From NCBI GenBank assembly GCA_963827165.1, contig CAWGZR010000009.1, positions 32,001 to 96,000 on the forward strand: a stretch of DNA of 64,000 nucleotides. Direction: 5' to 3'. Position numbers and translations under genes: made by a program. Shown here piece by piece: positions 58,177 to 64,000 of the stretch. This DNA is from Candidatus Bathyarchaeota archaeon. GTDB taxonomy: Archaea > Thermoproteota > Bathyarchaeia > Bathyarchaeales > Bathycorpusculaceae. The stretch's first letter is position 1, and each line of letters starts with the position of its first letter. The notes under the pieces are model-generated. The model was not told where the DNA came from. It saw only the letters and a list, made by a program, of their open reading frames with translations, and did no database searches.

Positions 58177-58836
58177 CTACACCCGTTTCTTCTTTACTTC
58201 TACACCTTCTGCACCTATCTTTATGTACACAAAGTTATGTGGTGCCCAGGGTCCACTATATAGAAACTTTAGCGTTGAATATTTGGTCTGAAGTCTTTCA
58301 ACTTCCTCTGAGAATGAACCTATCAATTCTTTCCCGACCAAAAAAGACGCGTTTAAAACAAGTCTTTCGCTGAACAAGCCACATGCGACTGCTTCCTTGG
58401 ACTTAGATTTCAGAGATTCTAATATTTCTGAAACCATTGTTTCTTTCTGTTCTGCATCTACAAAAGCAGTTTTGTCGGTTCTAACAATCTTTACCCCGAG
58501 TTCAACCATATTTTCGACTACTTTTAGAGATTCTAAAGCAGGGCTATAGGCCTTCTTAATCAAGCGTTTCAAGATTATGTCATTTTTTATTGTTGTTCCA
58601 AATTCAGTCGGGACAACTGAGTATTCATTCATTATTTCTTGAACAACTTTCTCATGTTTCTTTGTATTATTTTCGGTCAACTCGTAGTCTGTCATCGGAG
58701 AATCGCTGACAACTGCCGCAATGCCGCCGCAGGGAATGGTAAAAACTTCCTTGTCATTCAAGCCTATCTTGCCGAAGTTTCTTTCTTCAGAGCATTTTAT
58801 TACGCAGTAAAAATATTTTCCTTGTTCCTTATCCAT
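58177..58836 (-). CDS. gvpF: Gas vesicle protein GvpF
   Basis: YFYCVI, AVVSD, HEKVV, VELGVK, LNASFLV, YSGPWAPHNFV. Confidence 0.88.
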   Translation of the reverse strand: MDKEQGKYFYCVIKCSEERNFGKIGLNDKEVFTIPCGGIAAVVSDSPMTDYELTENNTKKHEKVVQEIMNEYSVVPTEFGTTIKNDIILKRLIKKAYSPALESLKVVENMVELGVKIVRTDKTAFVDAEQKETMVSEILESLKSKSKEAVACGLFSERLVLNASFLVGKELIGSFSEEVERLQTKYSTLKFLYSGPWAPHNFVYIKIGAEGVEVKKKRV

Positions 58837-58847
58837 TTGACAAACCT

Positions 58848-59669
58848 CTAGATTTCAAGTTCTTGTTTCAGGTAATGGTTCAGAACAGAATGAGCTTGAA
58901 TATGTTCATGAACCAAGTTTCTTATTCTTGGTTTGGCATCTTCAACCGGGCCATAAACTATTTCTTTGCCTGATTTTTTGAATGCCAGTAACCCTTTTTG
59001 CTCCAGCGAATGAAGCAACGGATATATTGTTCCTGGACTAAGTAGCACGTTAAACTTCAAATGTATGGTTCCTATTATTTCAGTTCCACACATCATGTCC
59101 TTCTGAAGAATGGCTAAGATTACATTTTCTAAGTTATCCTTTACTATTTTTTCAACAGACTTGCCCGACAATTCAGATTCATTGAAGAAGTCTCCAGACA
59201 ATATTGTCAAATCACTTGTCGTCAAACGAAGCTCATTATGATACGTAGCTAACTGCTTGATTTTTTCAAAGTTGAATTTTGTAAGGTCATAAGTACATAA
59301 GCAGTTTAAGTTGCTGCCCCGGCATAATTCGTTTAGATAACCCTCTCTTTTTTCAATTTCAGCACATTTTTCGTTAGCTAATGACCCCGCGTCAATTATA
59401 AGCTGCAAATCATTGTCTTCGCTGTTGAGTTCGTAAAGTTCGCTTGAATTAATAATCTTCAACTGAATGCTTAAATGATTGAACTCTTCCGTTAGCAATG
59501 AGCTGTCGTCTCCAGTAACATAAATTATTCTTTGGTTTGCTCTGGAAGGAATCAAGAATGCGTTTTGGATCGAATACTTATCTACATTTGGAGCATAAAG
59601 ATGCAGGGCATGTTTTGAATTAGTTCCGCAGATTTTCAGGGATTCCATAGGCAGATTTTTTGTGTACAT
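58848..59669 (-). CDS. MEDS-like sensor domain fused to a GvpE/PadR-like DNA-binding domain
   Basis: HALHLY, E..LN, CLCTYD and ATYH (MEDS-like); IVKDNLE...CG.EII...LLSPGTIYPLLH (GvpE-like). Confidence 0.75.
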   Translation of the reverse strand: MYTKNLPMESLKICGTNSKHALHLYAPNVDKYSIQNAFLIPSRANQRIIYVTGDDSSLLTEEFNHLSIQLKIINSSELYELNSEDNDLQLIIDAGSLANEKCAEIEKREGYLNELCRGSNLNCLCTYDLTKFNFEKIKQLATYHNELRLTTSDLTILSGDFFNESELSGKSVEKIVKDNLENVILAILQKDMMCGTEIIGTIHLKFNVLLSPGTIYPLLHSLEQKGLLAFKKSGKEIVYGPVEDAKPRIRNLVHEHIQAHSVLNHYLKQELEI

Positions 59670-59689
59670 TCAGTTTCCTTCCTTACCTC

Positions 59690-59971
59690 TTACTCCTCTA
59701 TCTCAGACGCAATTCGATCACTGCGTTTTCTGACCATTTTCTGTGTCCAGCCAATTACTTTCCCTTCTTCATCTAGTCTTATTACATATCTTGCGAGAAG
59801 ATCTTGTGTGTCCGGTATGGATTTTCTCTGCAATACTTCGACGGTGACTGCCCATTCGCCATTTTTCTCTTTGATATCTACAATGGTTTCAGGGTTTTTG
59901 GAGAGAAACCTTTTTGCCGCGTCAAGAGCAACTTCTGTAATCTTAAAAAGCGAAAGCTTATTTTGCGTCAT
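59690..59971 (-). CDS. gvpO: Gas vesicle protein GvpO
   Basis: WAVTVEVLQRKSIPDTQDLLARY.I.LD. Confidence 0.9.
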   Translation of the reverse strand: MTQNKLSLFKITEVALDAAKRFLSKNPETIVDIKEKNGEWAVTVEVLQRKSIPDTQDLLARYVIRLDEEGKVIGWTQKMVRKRSDRIASEIEE

Positions 59972-59998
59972 TTTCGTTTGCTCTCCTCTTCAAAACCC

Positions 59999-61060
59999 CT
60001 ACGGTTGGCAAACGCCGATTTCTGGAACTATAAAATCGGGGCTGTTTTTCTGTATGTTAACGTGGGCATCGCACAGTATTTCTCTAATGAAATCAATTTT
60101 GTCAGGGATCTCCACTGGATTACCTATTTTTGTTGCGAGCACATCTAAGCAAATTTGTTCAAAGTCTTCTTTGGAATAATTACCCATTGCTTTGAGTCCT
60201 TTAGAAATCATGATTTCTGCACGTGTACCAGGCTTGTGAGGATCAGGCAATTCTTTTCTTAGGGAACGAACGATTTTGACAATATTTTTTGCCTCGACCA
60301 CTGATATGTGGGAATGTGCTCTGACTATTTTCACTTCGGTGTCAAAGTCGTAATAGTCCATGTGAAGATCGATCATTCTGTCCAACAGGGCGTCTTGTGG
60401 TCTATGAACTCCCGCGTATTCAACAGAGTTACTTGTGAATATTACCTTAAAGTCTGGATGAACTTTTACGTATCTTTCGTCTCCGAACATCGTTGGAAGT
60501 TCTAAAACGTGTTCCTCTAATACTGATAGAAGAACATTGTTGGCTTCGGGCTTTGATCTTGAAAACTCGTTGTAAACTAAAGTGTAGCCGTATTTGCATG
60601 CGAGCGTAAGCGGATTGTCAACCCACCTATATTTTGTCTTATCCTTAGTCACCCTGACGTTATGGATATATTTGTCCACTAGACTTTCGGCTTCCATTTC
60701 TGAGTATCCACCGATTAAGTCGGTTGTTGTAATCTGATCGTCGCCGTTTATCCAAACTGTCGGTCGGCCCAATTCTTTTGCCACTTGCATGGCCATCGTT
60801 GTCTTTCCGCAACCAGTAGGTCCTACGATATGAGGGTGACATGAAGCTTTAACCCATAATCTGATTCTGTCTTTTAATTGTCTAACTTGATCGGTTTCAA
60901 TAAAACTTTCAATCTTGGGAGTTAAGAACTCTGTCTCCACTCGATCTATGGAGAGTTCCGCTTGTTTCGTTTCATCAGAAATCTTGGATTGTCTTTCTTC
61001 CAAAGTTTCATGAACCCGTTTTCCACGGACAACTCTTTGATGAGTCGGCATATATTTCAA
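59999..61060 (-). CDS. gvpN: Gas vesicle AAA+ ATPase GvpN
   Basis: GPTGCGKT, WVDNPLTLAC, YNEFSRS, TSN.VEYAGVH, QDALLDR. Confidence 0.95.
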   Translation of the reverse strand: MKYMPTHQRVVRGKRVHETLEERQSKISDETKQAELSIDRVETEFLTPKIESFIETDQVRQLKDRIRLWVKASCHPHIVGPTGCGKTTMAMQVAKELGRPTVWINGDDQITTTDLIGGYSEMEAESLVDKYIHNVRVTKDKTKYRWVDNPLTLACKYGYTLVYNEFSRSKPEANNVLLSVLEEHVLELPTMFGDERYVKVHPDFKVIFTSNSVEYAGVHRPQDALLDRMIDLHMDYYDFDTEVKIVRAHSHISVVEAKNIVKIVRSLRKELPDPHKPGTRAEIMISKGLKAMGNYSKEDFEQICLDVLATKIGNPVEIPDKIDFIREILCDAHVNIQKNSPDFIVPEIGVCQP

Positions 61061-61111
61061 TTCTAAATTCCTCGGTTTTTTCTTGTAAGAACGTGTATCT
61101 CGACAATTCCT

Positions 61112-61159
61112 TTTAAGGAATATTCAGATATTCGTTACGAAAACTGTATCGAAAAGCGA
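61112..61159 (-). promoter_or_regulatory. gvpN promoter element shared with the gvpA promoter
   Basis: + strand TTTAAGgAATATTCAGA-N17-GTATCGA....CGA. Confidence 0.65.
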
Positions 61160-61261
61160 AAACTATCTAGAAGGTTTCTCTATCTGGGTCAAAACAAGAT
61201 CTTGGTGAAAACGCTTAATCAAACCTTGATTTGGAGGTCTCGATGAAAGAAAAAAAAGGGC

Positions 61262-61432
61262 TCAATTTTTCAAGGCTTTTTCTTTTTTGAGATCATTTAC
61301 CCATAGCATACGTACTCGCTGTGGACGAGGCACGACTGAACAGTATTGTACCATTTCTCTGTGTTTTCTTAACCACTGTATTTTCTTATCCCTTTCTTGT
61401 GCATTAACAGCACTTTTCGGCATTTTTGACAA
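61262..61432 (-). CDS. Uncalled 56-aa basic protein (possibly GvpI-like)
   Basis: MSKMPKSAVNAQERDKKIQWLRKHREMVQYCSVVPRPQRVRMLWVNDLKKEKALKN; GAGGTGA RBS; T-tract after the stop. Confidence 0.65.
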   Translation of the reverse strand: MSKMPKSAVNAQERDKKIQWLRKHREMVQYCSVVPRPQRVRMLWVNDLKKEKALKN

Positions 61433-61536
61433 ACTACTTCACCTCTTAATTAATCAGTTTCTTGAATGTTAATTTTGATTATATTAATAGGAAAATATGG
61501 AGAAGAGGAACAGCTTATTCTAAGGATGAGTGGAGC

Positions 61537-61911
61537 TCATCCATAGAACTGTTTCGTGTATTCGCGTTGTTCTTTCACTTGTTTGGCTATGCTAGCTTGC
61601 ATGGCAGCAATACCGGATACCATTTCAGCGACGCCTGAACTAAGGTTGTTGGAACCTTCTGCATGCATTTTGATTGCGGCCTTTTGGAAATTGGCGCTGG
61701 TTTTTTGAATGCTTTTTTGCATGTCGCGAACGCCTGAATTAAGGTTGCTGATACCTGATGCAAGCATCTCGTTGGCGGCTTCTTGGAAATTGACGGCGGT
61801 TTGCTTGTAAAGCGTTCTTTTGCCATTTACGCTATTCGGGTTTGGTTTTGTTTCTGTTTTCGTTGGTTCAGCTGTTGTCACTGTTTGTTTTTTCGGTTTT
61901 TGTTTAGACAT
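61537..61911 (-). CDS. GvpC-like helical repeat protein
   Basis: Two 33-aa repeats (KQTAVNFQEAA.../QKTSANFQKAA...), ends FYG, located between gvpA and gvpN. Confidence 0.65.
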   Translation of the reverse strand: MSKQKPKKQTVTTAEPTKTETKPNPNSVNGKRTLYKQTAVNFQEAANEMLASGISNLNSGVRDMQKSIQKTSANFQKAAIKMHAEGSNNLSSGVAEMVSGIAAMQASIAKQVKEQREYTKQFYG

Positions 61912-61949
61912 TTATTATTCAACTCAACTTTGTTCGTTTTTTTGCAGAT

Positions 61950-62177
61950 TTAGGAGGCTGGAACAGGAGCGGCTATTGCTGCTTGTTCGACCTTTGTGAT
62001 CTCTTCCGCGTAGTGTAGGAATGTATCTACTGAAGCGACTACCACTCTAGCTTCGATGGTGAGAATTTCAATTCCAACCAGTGAAGCTCTTGCCCAAGCA
62101 TCGACGACTATTCCTTTATCCATTATGCGATCAATTACTTCTGCCAAACTACCTGAATCTGGACTTTGTTGCACCAT
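61950..62177 (-). CDS. gvpA: Major gas vesicle shell protein, copy 2
   Basis: [48 protein letters not shown]. Confidence 0.97.
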   Translation of the reverse strand: MVQQSPDSGSLAEVIDRIMDKGIVVDAWARASLVGIEILTIEARVVVASVDTFLHYAEEITKVEQAAIAAPVPAS

Positions 62178-62256
62178 TTTTAATTCACCTCACGATTTTT
62201 CGGTTTTTGTTTAGACATTTATTATTCAACTCAACTTTGTTCGTTTTTTTGCAGAT

Positions 62257-62484
62257 TTAGGAGGCTGGAACAGGAGCGGCTATTGCTGCTTGTTCGACCT
62301 TTGTGATCTCTTCCGCGTAGTGTAGGAATGTATCTACTGAAGCGACTACCACTCTAGCTTCGATGGTGAGAATTTCAATTCCAACCAGTGAAGCTCTTGC
62401 CCAAGCATCGACGACTATTCCTTTATCCATTATGCGATCAATTACTTCTGCCAAACTACCTGAATCTGGACTTTGTTGCACCAT
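62257..62484 (-). CDS. gvpA: Major gas vesicle shell protein, copy 1
   Basis: Identical to copy 2; GAGGTGA RBS. Confidence 0.97.
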   Translation of the reverse strand: MVQQSPDSGSLAEVIDRIMDKGIVVDAWARASLVGIEILTIEARVVVASVDTFLHYAEEITKVEQAAIAAPVPAS

Positions 62485-62544
62485 TTTTAATTCACCTCTT
62501 TATGCATGCGATTGTTTCTGCATCTCGAGTATGATATATTGTTA

Positions 62545-62592
62545 TTTAAGCAATATTCAGACTGTAAGAACGGGTTTCGTATCGAGATTCGA
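62545..62592 (-). promoter_or_regulatory. gvpA promoter element shared with the gvpN promoter
   Basis: + strand TTTAAGcAATATTCAGA-N17-GTATCGA....CGA. Confidence 0.65.
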
Positions 62593-62763
62593 TATGTGAC
62601 GTGTTCATTTCTTCAACTATTCCCATTTCGGAGTAAAGCCTAAACTACCTTCATGACAGTTAAACGGTTAAGAACTGGATCAAGATTATATGAAATTGAG
62701 TGCTTTCGGGTTTCCAAAACAATATTACGTCTGTTTGATGATGTAACGAAAGGAAAGGGTTAG

Positions 62764-63351
62764 TTGATGTGGCTGATCTGTCGAATGACTTTCAGAAAAG
62801 GCATAACCAAATTACTGGTCCGAGGCATAGACGGTGCTGGATGGGTTTTTTGCCCGATGATAAAAAGCATAAAGAACGACAAAGTATCTCTACAATGCTG
62901 CAACAAATGTACCCAATTTATTCGTTTCGAACACAACTCCTTTCACCAGATAGCCGCCACTGGAAGACCAAGATTTATTCCGAATCATGTGGGTCGATCT
63001 CATTTCAGCAGGCCTACATCAAAACGAAAATGTTTCCCAATTTCCACAGTGCCGAGGCAGTATCCATCGTCAATTAGTTTTAGAGGAGAAAAGCAGCCAA
63101 TTGTAGACGTCTTTGAAGAGGAAGATAGCGTAATAATTTTAGCGGAATTACCCGGGATTGAAGAGAAAGACATAGACCTGCAAATAGAGGAAAACTTTGT
63201 AACAATTATTGCAGAAAACGCAACTAAGAAATATTTAGAAAAGAGAAAACTTCCAACACGAATCACTGGAGATCCGGTGAAATTCATTTACAGAAACAAT
63301 ATATTGCAAGCAAAACTGAAAAAATCTGTAAAAAATTCGCCAAATGCCTGA
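62764..63351 (+). CDS. Hsp20/alpha-crystallin domain protein with a Cys-rich N-terminus
   Basis: PIVDVFEE, AELPGIEEKDI, YRNNILQAKL; N-terminal FCP...CCNKC. Confidence 0.75.
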   Translation: MMWLICRMTFRKGITKLLVRGIDGAGWVFCPMIKSIKNDKVSLQCCNKCTQFIRFEHNSFHQIAATGRPRFIPNHVGRSHFSRPTSKRKCFPISTVPRQYPSSISFRGEKQPIVDVFEEEDSVIILAELPGIEEKDIDLQIEENFVTIIAENATKKYLEKRKLPTRITGDPVKFIYRNNILQAKLKKSVKNSPNA

Positions 63352-63412
63352 ATCAAAAAAAGCTTGTATCACTACCAATCCAAAGCCGTGATTTTAATAC
63401 TGGTCATGGCCC

Positions 63413-64000
63413 TTAAGTTCTAGCGTCGAATCCAATTGAGATTTTATCTATTGTTTCCATGAGTTTACGCAGACCTGATTCAATATCACCTTTTGACATA
63501 TGCAATATTATTTGTGAAGTCCCCTTTTTCAATCCAGCCACTTGATGGCAGGTTTCACAACTCCATTTTCCTTTTTCAAAGCTCTTGCAAGCCAAAAGTA
63601 TTTCAGCAGCGTTCATCAGTTCGCGTGCTTTTGATGCTTTTTCTGTCAAGTTTTGTGCATGATTTATTTGGTTAGTAAGCTGTTTAATTGCCTGATCCAT
63701 TTTTGTGAAATTCGCACAGCTTGTTAGGTCAGGTTGTTTTTTTACTTTGAAGCCTGATGAATTTATAGCGACTTCGATACCCACAGAGTGGCAGATTTTA
63801 TAGTATTTTCGTGCCGCGCCCAAAGGACTATCTTGGCGAAAGCTTTCGATCAGACCAGCTTGTTCGAGGATGCTTAAGTGTTTGAGAATCGCCGGTTGTG
63901 TAATCTCCAATTCCTTTGCAATTTCAGATATGTAGTGTGGTTCTTGAGAAAGGAGAGTGAGTATTTTTCGCCTCGTTTCGTTTCCGACTATTTGTAGAAA
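63413..64000 (-). CDS. ArsR-type HTH regulator (Phr/COG1777-like), 5'-truncated by the window edge
   Basis: Frame is open to the window end: GNETRRKILTLL..PHYISEIAKELEITQPAILKHL..LE.AGLI...ARKYY. Confidence 0.8.
   Translation of the reverse strand, partial: FLQIVGNETRRKILTLLSQEPHYISEIAKELEITQPAILKHLSILEQAGLIESFRQDSPLGAARKYYKICHSVGIEVAINSSGFKVKKQPDLTSCANFTKMDQAIKQLTNQINHAQNLTEKASKARELMNAAEILLACKSFEKGKWSCETCHQVAGLKKGTSQIILHMSKGDIESGLRKLMETIDKISIGFDART

Larger units (their letters stand above)
61889..62498. repeat. Tandem direct duplication, 2 x 303 bp, containing gvpA
   Basis: 61889-62191 matches 62196-62498 (offset 307, 4-bp spacer); no mismatch seen by eye. Confidence 0.95.

Overview
Archaeal chromosomal DNA: archaeal-type ATP-dependent DNA ligase, Nre with a PIP box, TATA/BRE-like promoters and a PEF-CTERM-like sorting signal. 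The gene set suggests Bathyarchaeia or a related TACK lineage (inference, not tested). There are three blocks. (1) About 1.3-33.8 kb is a tetrapyrrole supercluster: hemA/L/B/C/D, cobA and sirC, the anaerobic corrin genes cbiX-cbiC(fused)/D/E/T/L/F/G/H, a domain-permuted CbiA-like amidase, ahbABCD heme synthesis, a frameshifted siroheme nitrite/sulfite reductase, and Ni- and Co-type ECF transporters. A COG1497-like regulator sits next to a 20-bp motif shared by the cbiM and hemA promoters. (2) About 33.9-50.9 kb holds housekeeping and accessory genes: nre, lig, trxA, Nudix, flavodoxin, a surface GH-A hydrolase, a PQQ-type propeller, a NikR-like regulator with a Zn/Mn ABC transporter, and rubrerythrin. 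It also contains an uncalled 27-aa Cys/acidic peptide gene and a phased 9 x 10-bp repeat array. (3) About 51.4-64 kb is a haloarchaeal-style gas vesicle cluster (two identical gvpA, GvpC-like, N, O, F, G, J, K, L). It carries its own DnaK, a GvpF/L-J-domain fusion, Hsp20-fold proteins, a MEDS-GvpE-like regulator, Zn-ribbon and GRAM-like fusions on GvpJ paralogues, and a promoter motif shared by gvpA and gvpN. All assignments come from motif recognition by eye; no database searches were run.
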